DNA from: Octopus sinensis
Taxonomy: Eukaryota
Assembly (NCBI RefSeq): GCF_006345805.1
Contig: NC_042999.1
Coordinates: 92,876,001-92,940,000, forward strand
Reading direction: 5' to 3'
DNA: 64,000 nt
Shown: one piece after another, positions 1 to 13,820 of the stretch
How positions within the stretch are numbered: the first letter of the stretch is position 1
How the letters are laid out: each line of letters begins with the position of its first letter
The notes under the pieces: model-generated
Told to the model about the DNA's origin: nothing
The model's input: only the letters and a program-made list of their open reading frames with translations
Database searches by the model: none
Made by a program: the position numbers and the translations under genes

Positions 1-88
1 ACACATTAGACGGCAGTTATCTCAAGATGTAATGTAATACACCTGATACATATTCATATGCATACACATCTGTATGTATATACGTGTA

Positions 89-253
89 GGAGTGGCTGTG
101 TGGTAAGTGGCTTGCTTACCGACCACATGGTTCCGGGTTCAGTCCCACTGAGTGGCATCTTGAGTAAGGGTCTTCTACTATAGCCTCGGGGCGACCAAAG
201 CCTTGTGAGTGGATTTGGTTGACGGAAACTGAAAGAAGCCCGTCGTATATATG

Positions 254-311
<58 letters not shown>

Positions 312-507
312 ATGTGTGTGTGTGTGTATGTTTGTGTGTCTGTGTTTGTCTCCCTAGCATTTACGTCGCCGTCACTTAGCGGTTCGGCAAAAGAAATCGA
401 TAGAATAAGTACTGGGCTTACAAAGAATAAGTCCTGGGGTCGATTTGCTGGACTAAAGGTGGTGCTCCAGCATGGCCGCAGTCAAATGACTGAAACAAGT
501 AAAAGAG
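89..507 (+). mobile_element. tRNA-derived compound SINE (family 1) with internal (TA)n/(TG)n microsatellite
   Basis: Head GGAGTGGCTGTGTGGTAAG...GGTTCCGGGTTCAGTCCC (A/B-box-like); body ends GAAAGAAGCCCGTCG; tail GGTGCTCCAGCATGGCCGCAGTCAAATGACTGAAACAAGTAAAAG. The same modules recur at 28545-28908, 34225-34370, 41940-42147 and 56103-56490. Confidence 0.85.
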
Positions 508-521
508 AGTAAAGAGTACAC

Positions 522-562
<41 letters not shown>

Positions 563-865
563 TATCAGTGACAGAGATACCAAGGTTGATTCCGTAGAAG
601 TGTGAAACGAAGGTAAATGTTATTTTACCTTTCATGTCTCTATAGTTTCCAGTACATTCTTCACATACATACTTCCATACATACACAAGTATCTTTCATA
701 AGATTCTTGCAAAGTATTATAGGATGGCAAGTCCACAAAATGAGCTTAAATTCTCATGTCTTTCATTCTTTTAGAGACAATTTTGGACTTGGTGCTAAGT
801 GCACCAGTTACTGCAGGTGTAATTGTTATTTAAACTTCTACAGGCCCCTCAGCTCTGTGGATTGA

Positions 866-1100
866 TCTTGATATTTTCTTCATATATTTTCACTTTCTTT
901 GGTATTCGACTCTGCTATCAGGGAATTTGAAAATCTATTCATATTTTCCATTGACCACTATAGTCATATCTGCCCTATTTGCTTCAATAGTACGGTTAAT
1001 CATTAAGGTGAAGTTCTACAAGATCTTATAATTCTCCTTTTCTATCACAGTCTCAGCTTCGTTTTCTTACCACTTTTTGTTAGTTTGAAACAACACTCTC
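866..1100 (-). mobile_element. Degenerate R4/Dong-type LINE restriction-like endonuclease fragment
   Basis: Minus-strand remnants resemble the D.T.EA.RPD...IDF..P.D.R region seen intact at 53700-53860; many stops and frameshifts. Confidence 0.5.
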
Positions 1101-1149
1101 TGTTAATATCCTAATAATAATAATAAAAATAAAAATAATAATGATTATT

Positions 1150-1405
1150 ATTCTGTAGTCTTGTCTTTATCACGTACTTTCACTGCACAACCGAGCGCAT
1201 CTCTGTGTGCCTTGGGTATGTGCTGTGGGTTGTTGTAGTGCTCTTATTTTTCCTGCATTGAAAGTCTGTTACGCAGAATGTGTGCGGTACCTAGCAGTGC
1301 TATTTTCTGTATGTTATATATAATTGAAAATCCTAGTACTTTTGTTATGTATTTGTCTGAATGTTTTATATCATACGTAGTGCGTGTTCTATCATAGGAA
1401 ATGTT
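1150..1405 (-). mobile_element. 5'-truncated 3' end of Dong-like LINE (family B)
   Basis: Reverse complement aligns to about 53930-54170 (QKIALLGTAHILR end plus 3' UTR CACATACCCAAGGCACACAGAG); abuts a TAA-rich tract at about 1110-1150. Confidence 0.85.
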
Positions 1406-1406
1406 T

Positions 1407-1505
1407 CTTCTTCTTCTTCTTCTTCTTCTTCTTCTTCTTCTTCTTCTTCTTCTTCTTCTTCTTCTTCTTCTCTTCTTCTTCTTCTTCTACTTCTTCTTCT
1501 TCCTC

Positions 1506-1537
<32 letters not shown>

Positions 1538-1580
1538 CTTCTTCTTCTTCTTCTTCTTCTTCTTCTTCTTCTTCTTCTTC
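1407..1580. repeat. (TTC)n microsatellite
   Basis: Near-perfect TTC run. Confidence 0.98.
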
Positions 1581-3600
1581 TTTATCACAGATTTTGTTGG
1601 AGTTCCTTGTATCTTACAAGCGTAGCAGGCTTGCCACCTGCAGTCTACGACACCATAGTATCCATTCTTTTCAGATATATAATACTTTCTTGATTATTCT
1701 TGCCGTGCCAAGGAGGTAAACACTTTTTTACACAATTCCACCGGGCACTATATTCCAATTTCCTTTATGTCTCCATTGATGCCTTCTGGAACTGTTCTCA
1801 AGAAAGCAAACGATAATTGGCACTATCTTCACCTTCTTCATTTCCCATAGTCGGGCTGTTTCGTACTTAAGCGCGTTGTATTCATCTATCTTTTCGCCTC
1901 CCTTCTTCACTATTCATGGGTTAAAAGGGTATGCAACAGCAACTGTATAGCATATTTGGTGCATCTTGTCCACCACCTCTAGGTTCGGCTTGCTATGCTC
2001 TAGCACCTGATTTTTTTGGACTGGGAAATCCCAGAGGATTTGTCTCTCTCTATCCCCCACTTTTCGCAAAGTTTCTAATAGAGCACTTTCATTACCTGAT
2101 CATGACACCACAAATTGTAAGTGGCTTTGGGTGAGTCTAGGGCATTCGTTCATGATATGGGAAATGGCTTCACACACTCTATTGCAGATGTGCCACAGCG
2201 GAGGCACTAGCTAATTCCTAAGATTGACCTTCCAGTTCGTGGCCAGAGCTTGGTCTTGCGCTGCCAGTAAATAACTCTTGGTCTCTGTTTTTCCCAGCAA
2301 CTTTTGTTGCGGCTGCATGGAATTGATTGTGTAGTCCCTTCTTGCGTAATTTTTCTTCATGTCCTTTTTTGACTTCTTCCTTTCTCTTTCCTTTTCTCTC
2401 TGCCCACATTCCTAACTGTCACTAGCAAGGTGTCCTTATTTTGGGCTAGGTATTCCATTAAGCTCTCGAGTTCGTTACGCACGCATTCTTCCACACTTAT
2501 TAGTCCCCTTCTTCCATTTGCTCTTTTCATGTATAGGCGGTCAGTGTCATGCGTGGACGATGGCCACTAGGCATAGTTAGAAGTTTTACTGATTTCCTGT
2601 CCATCTCCTTTAGTTTCTTCTCAATCCAATTCAGAATTCTAGCACCATATTGAACTACTGCGACTGCGCGCGAGTTTATTGCCGAAATTATGTTATTGGT
2701 ATTTAGCTTTGAAGCTAAAATTTTCCTCACTCGCTGCAGGTACTCTATTTTTGTTTTTTCCATCATGTCGTTATGTTTGATTCCATTTGCCTCAAGCATT
2801 CCTAGGTATTCATAACTGGATTGAGGTTGAATTGCCTTCATCATTTCACTACTTGACAACCATATGTGTTCTGATCTGAAAAGCTTTCCTCGTCTCATAA
2901 CAATCGTAGCACATTTTGATAGTCCAAACTTCATCTTAATATTATTGGAGAAAATGTGCACAGACTGGACTAGGCTGTCCAGTTCTGTTGCGCTATCCTT
3001 TCATGGAACACTTTCAACTTCTTCATCTAATAACCTTGAACCTCATCCTGTCCTTGGCTCTTCCTATTTAGGAACATTTTTGACTGCATTTTTATCATTT
3101 CTGTAGTTATCTTTGTCTTCTTGGCCTTCTATATTTCTTAACCTATCTTGGACTTCATGCAGCCACTCCGCTTATCATTATGCTCTGCAGCTTGCTCCCA
3201 GATCCCTCTCCACAATACCCTACTTCCCTCTGCATCTAGTATCATTGTTATGTGTAATTGCCCATCTAGTGCGTAAAACCGTGTCTTTGGATTTTGCTTC
3301 AAACAAGCTGTTTTGCCTGAATCGTTTTGTTTTATTGTCATATCTTTCCAATTTTTCTTTGATTGTTACTACTTCTTTGTTTCAATTCTTCTAATATCAC
3401 ATCATACTCTTTATCTTTTATTCTATATGTTATTTCCAGCATTATTCTTATGCTTTCCTTCTGCAATTCCCCTCTATTCAATCTATCAACTTGTCCTAAA
3501 TGTCTTTCTGACTTTGTTTCTCACAAATTAATCTACGCCTGAATGGTTCTTTACGTTCTGTTTGTTCTCTTCTTTTCTATCCAACTCAATCTGCAACAAC
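1581..3600 (-). mobile_element. R4/Dong-clade non-LTR retrotransposon (family A), degenerate and internally deleted
   Basis: ORF 2527-2961 (MKFGLSKCATIVMRRGKL...YEYLG...EYLQRVRKIL...INSRAVAVVQY) parallels 52600-52920. ORF 1728-1910 (KYETARLWEMKKVKIVPIIV) and LLGTARIIKKVL at about 1690-1720 are the RLE C-terminus. ORF 3138-3341 (FYALDG...LWRGIW) is the N-terminal region. Confidence 0.85.
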
Positions 3601-3787
3601 TACACTGGCAGCTCAAATAATCTTGTAGGTTTCAGTTATATTTCTCGTCTAGAATAGTCCAAGGATCGATTCTATCTTTCCGGTTTCAACTTTGAGCTTA
3701 CCTCGATCAATGTACCTCAGATTGGGGGATGATTGAGCCCTGTCTTCTCTAATCTATCGACTCAGAATCCTCACTATATCTTGTTGG

Positions 3788-3822
<35 letters not shown>

Positions 3823-3880
3823 GACATCATTCATTATTATTTTTGTTATTATTATTATTAATACTATTATTATTATTATT

Positions 3881-4068
3881 CACTGTTTTTTTTTTATATC
3901 ATGCTTCACTTCACTACCGAGCGCAGCTCTGTGTGCCTTTGGTATGTGCTGTGTTTTGTTATGATGCTCTGATGGCTACTGTATTTTTTGCGTAGGATGT
4001 GGACAGTGCCCAGTAGTGCGATTTTCTGTTTGTTACGTGTATGTAAGTCCTGGTGTTTTTGTCATGTA
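3881..4068 (-). mobile_element. 5'-truncated 3' end of Dong-like LINE (family B, diverged)
   Basis: Reverse complement aligns to about 54000-54170; flanked by (TAT)n on both sides. Confidence 0.85.
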
Positions 4069-4117
4069 TTATTATTATTATTATTATTATATTATTATTA
4101 TTATTATTATTATCATT

Positions 4118-4288
4118 CAGTAGTTTTATTTTTATAGCGTGCTTTCACTTCACTACCGAGTGCAGCTCTGTGTGCCTTAGGTATGTGCTGTGATTTGTTG
4201 TGATCCTCTGATGGTTATTGTACGGAAAGTGTTCTGCGTAGGATGAGTGCAGTGCCTAGTAGTGCAATTTTCTGTATGTTATATGTGT
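4118..4288 (-). mobile_element. 5'-truncated 3' end of Dong-like LINE (family B, young)
   Basis: Differs from the reverse complement of about 54000-54170 at only a handful of positions; embedded in (TAT)n. Confidence 0.9.
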
Positions 4289-4591
<303 letters not shown>

Positions 4592-4699
4592 CTAGTTAAC
4601 AAAAATTCAACAATAAAGTACTTCCAAAATAGGGAGTTTTATACAGGGCCAATCAAGGGACTCTACACATCCTAATTACCCCAACTCCTCTGGCAGTCA

Positions 4700-5700
4700 A
4701 GTATATGTTCAAGGAGGCCATCCTTGGCATAAATGCAAAGTCAGACCATTCAGTTCCGGAGACTTCTTCCTTGTGCAGTTCGTCATCGCATCCGTATGTC
4801 TTCGGCTGTTATCGGTATGACGCAAAATTTTACATCCCTTGTCGAAAAGCGCATCATACATCTGAAGTGAAATCCACGTCTGTTCCCGACTCACCGTGCG
4901 CTCCGTACTGTTTTGCAAAGTATCGCTGAAATTCCACGGACATCTGGTAGGGTTCGTGTAGCATGCATCCTTCCTGGCCCATCAAAGACCGAATTGTGGA
5001 TTTGTTGCCCGTTGAACCTCTGCCACCCAGGCCCATCGAACTCTTCCTACCTCTGAGAATGCAACTTGCTTGCTTGGTATTGAAGTAATGACTCAGAGCC
5101 AATCTCGCCGCCAGTACATCAGTGGATATGAGACTTCTAAGTGCCTCTTTTAGCTTTCTTACTAGATTTCCCGCAATGCTAGATTTCTCTAACGCTATTT
5201 CTTTATTAAACTCTACCGCCTTTACTCTAATAGCCCTTTTCAGAGATATATACTATCGATTGTTGACGATTGCACCCGACATCGTCCGATGGACTAACTT
5301 GCTAATCCGGTCTCTGAATGTTTGACGCGCCAGATAAGACGAATTCAGCTCCCAGTATCAGAGACTTGCCTATGGATCCTATCTGTATCGGCTGTACAGA
5401 TCACAAAATTATGGTCTGTGTAGCCGACGACTTTGAATTGTGGACAACTTATGCTACTTCTATCTGCGGGCCTACAAATACTCTGGTTAGATACATTCTA
5501 ATAGAATCGCGTCTGTTATCCCATGTTCACACTCGTGCATTCGGGAAACCCAGTCGGTACCTGCCAGCCAATTCAAAGTGAGGTTTTTGCACCCTATCAA
5601 CTAACTTAACCATATCCAGCCTTGCAATCACCCACTAGAACTAAAAAGCGAGTCGTCCCAAGGCAAACCTCAACACGTGTGGAGAAATCTAGCTGCCTGG
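4700..5700 (-). mobile_element. Tx1/L1-like LINE ORF2 relic (AP endonuclease and linker)
   Basis: Minus-strand translation gives FLVLVGDC (GDFN-like motif), SCPQFKVVGYTDHNFV (SDH-like motif) and RISKLVHRTMSGAIVNNR..SLKRAIR, followed by ORF 4854-5102; several stops. Confidence 0.65.
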
Positions 5701-5719
5701 CCCAAGTTGAGGTTTACAA

Positions 5720-6295
5720 AGCAATTCAAAGACAAAGAGATACAGGCGGACATTGTCATTTGCTGGAAGATATTTCAAGCCGATGTAAGATGAAAAATTT
5801 CCAGGCAGCTGGTCTGGACTTAGTCCAAGGTTTCTCTGTTCAAGGTTTTTAACGAATTTACATACTAAACTAAAAAATCTCCTGCAGGGCTATGTGCACC
5901 AAGACATTGTAGCAAAATGATGACCAAAGGAAGAACAATATTGATTCAGAAAGACCAAACCAAGGGTGCCGTGGCCAGTTGTTATTGTCAGATTGCTTGC
6001 TTACCTACATTGTAGAAGTTTCTAACTTTGATAATAAGACTTAGATCTTCCTGCAGACAAGAATATTGTGTAGACAGAGAACGAGAAACTCGGGAGTTAC
6101 CAGGTTTGGGATTGGAAGTGAACAGAATCCGTAGAGCCATAAAAATGATCGGTACTCTTGGGACCATCTTAGACAGAGGGAGCAATATTCTAGCATCAAA
6201 AACTGCAGATACGAAGTATTCGAAGGAAGTATTCAGTTGGTAGCCATACTTGGAACTGGTCATGTGCTGAAGAAAGTGTTGAATCTCTTAGCTGC
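5720..6295 (+). mobile_element. R4/Dong-like LINE relic with a large internal deletion
   Basis: MKNFQAAGLDLVQGF (RT domain 0) and MTKGRTILIQKDQTKG...QIACLPT (RT domain 1) are followed almost directly by RLE-end motifs GLEVNRI...IGTLGTI and ILGTGHVLKKVLNL. Confidence 0.7.
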
Positions 6296-7000
6296 GAGAT
6301 AGTACTGAGATTCGATATAGATAAATCAGAAGTTAAGTGAATTAATGAATAATGATAATGTTTTATAGCATTTTCAAAAGAGAGACAGTTTGAAAGAATG
6401 CTGTAGAAAGTTGACTTGATTTCATTGCTTAACACCAATTTATTATTTTATTGACCTGGAAGAAGCAAATGGAACATTGTTCTGGAGGGTTTTCAGCTCA
6501 TTATAAAGGGATGTAATTGAATGCCGTAAGACATTTTGTCGTTTCTGTCTTTCACCGTCTTTTACAATGATGTTAATGATTTGTAAGTAAGGCAGGATGC
6601 CGCAAGTTTAAAGTGAAATTTAAGATGATTTATTTAACCCCAGTAATTGATTTATTATTATTTTAATGATCCTCGAAGGACGATAGTGAAATTGTATTTC
6701 GAACATTTCCTAGACAGTTACATTACTTTAATTATACTCATTCACGAACATAATATGTATGTCCAGCGACGACGAACACTGACCAGAAAAATTTATAGGC
6801 TTTCCAAGATAGGTAAGATCAATGCATTTCATATTCAGCCAAATGTTCTACAACTTCAAGTCAGTTAAGGAAAACAGATAAAGACGGTACAGATCTAGCG
6901 ACAAAGGTTAGCTCGAAATGCGCGCCTGTTGTTTTTGATATAACAAATTAAGAAGGAGAAATGAAAAGGAAAGCGAAGTGTGCGTGCCTGCCCATGTGTG

Positions 7001-7840
7001 CGAAGTGGTATCAAAAGGTGCCCGGACTAATGTCTAATAACAAATAATTTATTTACCTAAGTTTTGACATTAAATTGATCCCAGCGTTCCTGCTGCTTTC
7101 GAAATCTGGCCTGGATGTTATTTCCTGTGAGTCGAGGACTTTCTGCGATTAGCTATTGATTTCGTGTTAAAACGGCGACCTTTGAGCTGCATTTTCTTCT
7201 TAGGAAAGAGATGGAAGTCCTCAGGTGCAAGATCTGACGAATAGGATGGGTGCGGAAGCTATGCTATTTTGTTTTTGGCAAGAAATGAACGAGGGAGGAG
7301 AGCTCGATGACAGGGTACATAGTCGTAGTAAATAATTCATTACTTCGTACTCCACAGATCATGTCGCTTACGCCGAATGTTCTCCCCGAAACGCTTCAAA
7401 ACATCGCAGTACGACGCTTGGTTCTGGGAAAGAATTCTTGATGCACAATTCCACATTTCTGTCGGGCAGGTGGAATAGTCGTGGCAGGTCTTCCAGATGG
7501 CTAATCGTCATCCAGGGACGTTCTTCCACCTTTGAAGCACCCGTGCTACTCGAAACTTTGTGTGCGACCCATTCTTACGTCTATGTAAAATTGCTGAATC
7601 ATGCTCAATGTCTCTGTAGCAGACTTGCCAAATGTAATGCAAACTTTCACTTTCGCTCTTTGGTCCAATTTCCTATCCAGGGCAAAATCGCAGACTACAG
7701 CATATACAACTTGCGAAATAAACTCAGCGATGCCACTCGGCACATGAGGGTCATACTAGTTCTCATTGAATACGCAACTCAGTGCTGATATCTATTTGTG
7801 AGCTACAGAAGTAGACTAGGGAAGTTTTGGTACCACCTTG
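7001..7840 (-). mobile_element. Mariner DNA transposon, internally deleted
   Basis: Imperfect TIRs: CGAAGTGGTATCAAAAGGTGCCCGGACT versus the right-end reverse complement CAAGGTGGTACCAAAACTTCCCTAGTCT. Minus-strand QRAKVKVCITFGKSATETLSMIQQ (HTH N-terminus) and an HPSYSSDLAPEDFHLFP-type motif near 7200-7255. Confidence 0.85.
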
Positions 7841-8459
7841 AATAAGTATGCGCACGTGAGTAAATGTGAGAGGACGAAGCAAAGTTTTGAAGAGGATTAG
7901 AAAACACAGAACCGTGAAATGTGCGATGATAGGTGTTCAGGGCAATTCGATAGGTATTTTATTTGTTTCCGCTTCATACTGAAGTTTATAATGTGCATTA
8001 AATATGTTAGAAGCTAATGGATTCATAATTTGATTTATGAGGATATTTCTTAGATGTAATATGAAACAGGTTTGGCGTATGTTGCATACTAAACTCCAGT
8101 CTAAACATTGTGTAATATCTATATTGAAAACTGAGGCTATCGTTCTTATAATAAGCGACTAGCAATTAAACGTGTGGAGATGAAATGACAGTTAAAGCAT
8201 CACAATGAATACATTTAATTTCCTGTTTTGAGAAGAGCAATTGGCAGATGCTCAGACGACATTCTACAATCAGTTAATCAAACAAGCAATCCATATATAT
8301 CTCATGTGACTAGTTCTTTAATGGCTTAGTCAAGACGGAACGAACGATACCCATTAGCATCTTCCTGACTTCCATGACTGATAGGAAGTAGATTTCCTCA
8401 TGTAGGAGACAAACAGAAAGCTTGTAAAAGATTGGTAACATTAAGGCTGGAAAGGGATA

Positions 8460-9636
8460 GTCAACGAGTTGCTACTGGGTTGACAATGAAGAAATGATGC
8501 TACAGCTGTATAATCTTGCATATAATAATTTCAAAACTTATTATCAGTTTCAACACTCATTAGAAACTGCATTGTTTGTTTCCAGGTAAAGTGGCATATG
8601 ACTGTTCAAAGAAGACTTCAAAGTAGCTAGTAGCGGCTTCTCTTCACAATCTACAGAATTTGGTTTCGTGGTGTTATCAAGTACCTGCAGAAAAAGGTTT
8701 TAACCCTCAACAACATTCATTTTGCCATGACTACTACAAAAGGGTATGATGCACCATCTTTATAAATACGGCAAAATTGGACAGCTGGATTTAGAAGGGG
8801 AAGTGGGGAGCCTGGAAGTGAACCAAGTTCTGGAGGTCCTACAACAGCCATAACCGAGGAAAATATTGATCATGTACACCACATAGTGATGGATGACTAG
8901 CGATTTTCTATAGATCATATAGCCAAAACAATGCTATTAGCATATCTCGTGAGAGTTGAGAATATTTTGTACAATAAACTTGGTATGACGAATGTTTCTA
9001 TACGATGGATGTCACTCTGCTGACATCTGATAAAAAGCGCACCAAAAAATATGACATTGAAGCAGATCCAGCTGCTGGTTTCCTTGAACGTTTCCTAAGA
9101 CAGGATTAGTGTTTGCTTCATCACTTTGGGCCAGAGAAAAAGAAACAATCTATACAGTGGAAATACCCCCTCCTCATCTGCTCCAAAAAAGGCCAATGTA
9201 TTTTTATCTGCAGGGATGAAAATGGCATTGTACATGTTAATTATCCTCAAAAGGTCCACACCCTCAATGGAGAGTACTATACCAACTTGCTGATGTATTT
9301 GCTTCATCAGGACGATTCCCAGGCAAACACGTCTTTGCTTTCGATGGATGCAGTACGTGACTGTGGCTTTGACCTGGTTGACCTGCTTCCCTACACTCCT
9401 GATTTGTCTCTCTCTGACTATTATCTGTTCCCTAAAATGGAGAAAAAACAAATACTTGGCTGGGAGCGATTACGTCATATCTGGTGTTAATGATTTTTTT
9501 AACATGATGATAGCTTCTTCACCAATTGGATCTAATATGGAAGAAGTATGTGGACTGAAAGGTAGAGTATGTTGAATAATAAACTTCATTTGGTCACAAT
9601 TCATGTTCAGCCTATGAACCTCTCAGCCAACCCTCG
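8460..9636 (+). mobile_element. Mariner transposase relic
   Basis: RGVIKYLQKK at about 8670, TTAITEENIDHVHHIVMDD at about 8840, PYTPDLSLSDYYLFPKM (YSPDL motif) at about 9390; right TIR CAGCCTATGAACCTCTCAGCCAACCCTCG followed by TA. Confidence 0.85.
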
Positions 9637-12397
9637 TAAGACAACATACTATGTGATACGTACATCCACTATATTTGATATTCAAAACTGGTATGGTAAG
9701 TACACATTTAGACGAACTTGTTTATATATATATAATGCATAATGCGTAGGCTGGTGTAGCACTTACCTCATATTTAGACATAGAAAACAGTCAACAACAC
9801 ATAACTCTGTGTGATAAATATCTTACAATACGTTAAATAAACGTATTGTAATATCACCTGCTATGTTATACAAACAATTTTATCTTAATAAATATTTCCA
9901 GTTATCCTCCATTTTAATCAAATTTATATCTTTAACAGGTGATGTACTTTCACTGTGATAGCTTTAGGCTTGTCTCTTCCTTTGGAACATAATATCAATA
10001 TTTACTGAATGAAATTATTATACCTCCCTCGTGTGTCTTTGTTTTTAAGTCATATATAACTCATATATTTAATTCGTTTCAACCATTTCAACAACTAATT
10101 TTCTCTCTCATTCCCACTCTAACTTTCTCTCTCTCCCTCCTTCCTTCTCTTTCTCCTTCTCTCTCTCCCACTCTTCCTTCCTCTCTGTCTCCCTATCTGT
10201 CTGTGTCTCTTATACATACACTGACTCACAATTGTCAATTGGACAACGAAATAAGTAACCTACTCAAGTATTTATATCTCTTAGTAGGCATTCTTTTGTT
10301 AAGATAGGATGCTCGTTTCAGTTTATACAGGTCTTTTGTAAAAATTGCCTATAACTATCGATAGCAATATCTAGGAAGTTGACCCAAAGCTGAGTAGTGG
10401 TTCTTTGAAGATATTATGGCCCCTGAAAGAAAGGCCACATTCGCTTATTCCTTTTGTTAAGTTTACTGCAGAAAGATCCATGCAAATAGCAATATCGTGA
10501 TGAATGAGTCGTATCAAAATTTACTTCCGATAAAACAATAATATTATATACATGTGTATGTGTACATAACTAATATTACACGTATATCGATGTAACTGAT
10601 ATTTTATAATGATTACTTCTCGATGAAACTCCGTATGCACTTCTATAAAATTATGTGCATCTGTAAATATTTAATATTTAGCATAAAGATTAAAACAAAA
10701 TTTCAGTTTCATATTAAAAATGATGTAGATCTATCTGATTTTGTGAAAATATTTTTCTAGTTGCGTGATTTTTCTGTTGCATATATTTGGCATATTACTA
10801 AATTTTAGAACCACAATAGAAAAATGTTATTGCGTTCAAACGTTTTCTTTTTTTAGATTTTTTTTCTTAGTTTAGGAGATTTCATATTTCTATCTTTTAT
10901 CCTCATTGATGTATATGTTTGAAATATTTTTATTTAATCTAATCAGTCATTTTATTCCATGTTTTCCTTTACAATTCTAAGTAATAACATTTCATTTATA
11001 TCTATTTAAAATAATAAATATTTTAATATCGCTGCTGCTGCTGCTATTAATAACGTGATCAATGAAAAATAAAAATTATCAAGTAATGCACCAATTTGTT
11101 TCTGAAGTTTATTGTTAGATATATTTCAGCTTGTCGATAAGCATCGCAATAACAAACAGAACTGAACAAAAGTAGGATTATGTATTGGTTCTTCGACAGG
11201 AGGGGTCAACGCTATAATGTGAAATTGTGCACTTCAAGACAACCAGATGGACCGGACATGCTAAAAAGCAATGCTGTTCAATTCTCAACATTAATTTACA
11301 ACCACCTATGTGGTTCATTTTTCCATATCAAATTCATCTCTGCCACCTTAGCTATCAGAAAATTACCCGAGAGGTAGCAATTCCATTTCTACCTACACAT
11401 TTTACATCAGGTGGTACTCGAATAAATTAAATAGATCTTGCCCTGTGATAGAAAGCTTTTTTCAAACATTCTTTGAAATGCATTAAGCATGTATATTATT
11501 TTGCCATAGCTACCTGACAAAGGAAGACTATTTGCTCTATTTTACCAAAGGGAGTCGGGGTTTGATTTTTCCCGTAGAATGTGTCTAACAGAAGAATCAC
11601 TCCTTCCATGACGAGAGTTATTCAAATACAAATAGCTGCCAAACTAGGATTTAAAGTCAACCGCTACAAATCAAAACTATGCGCGTTAATGAAGAAAACA
11701 GCGAACGTATTAAACTAGAAACCGGTGACTAGGGGATATAGCCGAGTTTACGTATTTAGGTAGTAAGATAACGTTTTTTCCAACTCATATCCGGTAATTT
11801 TGCCTTGACTCGAATTTACCGTTGGATAGTTTCTTGTCCATTTCAGAACTGCATATATTCCGTAGAGAGTACATAATAGATACGAAGCGGCGAGTGGAGA
11901 CTTATTCATATCCCAAACTTTTTATTAAAATGTTTTCTACAGCACATTGTTCTTTATGCAATTATGCGTCCTAGTCGCCGCAGTTTCATCAAGGGTCCAT
12001 CTCTTGCGATGTTTTCAAAGTGAGCTAATTCAAACAAGCACACTGTGTTGGTATTCAGTTGAAGGTGATAGCGTCACTTTTCAAATCCAATGGAATTGTG
12101 GTCTTATAATCACCTCTACTGGTATTACAGCTGAAGCGTAATTTTAAAATGTTTATTCAGATTACAATTAACTAACAGTTTCCGTTTACTTTTTGCTGCA
12201 TGGAATACATTATTTATTCATATGTATTTCATTTATTTGGGGCTTTATCCTTTGTGACCTTTGTGTGGAAGAAACGTACCAAATTCTCACTGGACAGGAA
12301 CAGGCTCTAAGATGTCCGCATTTGAGTAAATATACATTCATAAAACTTAAATAAACACAACCTATCATCAACTCGAGACTATAGTAAATGATACGTG

Positions 12398-12480
12398 CCC
12401 TAGGTGCCACGCAGTGGGACTGAGCCAGGCACCATGTAGTTGGGAAGAAATCTTTTTACCACAAAACTACGCCTGCGCCT
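12398..12480 (-). mobile_element. SINE family 1 head fragment
   Basis: GGTGCCACGCAGTGGGACTGAGCCAGGCACCATG is the reverse complement of the family 1 head. Confidence 0.7.
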
Positions 12481-12499
12481 ATATATTTATATATACATA

Positions 12500-12561
<62 letters not shown>

Positions 12562-13669
12562 CAAGCAGAGGAACAGATATGAGGATAAAGAATAGAAGGG
12601 ATAGAGAGAGATTGTAAAACCAGAGATAGAGAAGACTGGTGTGTTTGTGTTGGTTTGCATTCATTGTACAATAGACATGGATCTGGTGTTTAAATCCTTC
12701 TTATGAGTTCATCGCATTTCCTTTCAGTTCCAATATGACTGAAGGCTAATTTTCGCAATCAAAATCTTTCATTCAGAGTTTTAATTAGAACTGAAGGATC
12801 GTTATTCGATCAATTGCATGAATGATAACAAACATGCGAAACGATAAATACCTCTCTATGTGCATAAGTATACATTGAGGAAACGAGCGCACGTATTAAT
12901 GCCTTAAAATCCATGGTTTCTCCAAATCATATTCGTTGTATTCATCATCCTACGGATGAGGAATACAACAACTAAAGAATGAAGCTTGTGGAAACGTACG
13001 TAGTAATACCTTAATGGATTTATGACTTTCCGTCCAAAAGTCCTTATTCACACACACACGCACACACATACGCAGACATACGCATACACACACACACAAA
13101 CACACACACGTATATGTTTACATATATATGTTTAGTAGTAGCATGTATGACTCAAGGACCGAGAGTTTCTTCCGTTAGTACTATACTCATGTTTCGGTTT
13201 CTATTTTGCCTGTCTGCATCTCCATACCTTCCTCTGCCTCCCCGTTCTCTCTCTCTTCCTTTCTCTCTTCTCTCTCTCTCTCTCTCGCTCACTGTATGTG
13301 TGTATACACACGCACACACAAAGATAGACAGGCATACGCGCACGTACTCAGTTACTGCCGCACACACACACACACACACATACACACACACACACACACA
13401 CGTACGGTATCACGCACACATACCACTACCACAATATGCACGCACACACTCAGTTACTTCCACACACGCTACATTATACACACACGCGTTATCACACACA
13501 CATGCTATCACGCACACACAGATACCAACCTTTCTTTACACTCTTTTGTCTTAGAAAGCACTTTCTCTTTGTCATTCTACTTCCAGTAATTTCAAAATGT
13601 AAGTACATGTGGATTGTTGGCCATTTGTTTCATCCGTCTTCTCCTTCCTTTGGATTTTCTCCTGTCTTC

Positions 13670-13706
13670 TGTTTCTGACGAAGAGTTTTGATCGAAACGT
13701 AAAACA
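13670..13706 (+). ncRNA. Minimal type I hammerhead ribozyme motif
   Basis: UGUUU-CUGACGA-A-GAGUUUUGAUC-GAAAC-GU-A-AAACA: 5-bp stem I, intact core, palindromic ACGU in place of stem III, GUA triplet. Stem II is short (GA/UC). Confidence 0.65.
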
Positions 13707-13820
13707 TCCTTTCTTTCCTTCCTTGAGCGTCTTATTAATACTTTGCGTGTACCTCGGCCTTGACTTGTATTTGTACTGTTGTCTTTTTCGTCCGTTCTTT
13801 CCTTTGGTAAATTGTATATA

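Noticed and set aside
11100-12140. Several good-looking plus-strand splice acceptors with short open frames
   Set aside because: No matching donors, recognisable domain or consistent exon chain.
12935-12969. 16-bp hairpin (GTTGTATTCATCATCC/GGATGAGGAATACAAC) near GAAACGTACGTA
   Set aside because: No intact CUGANGA core or stem I, and too short for a pre-miRNA call.
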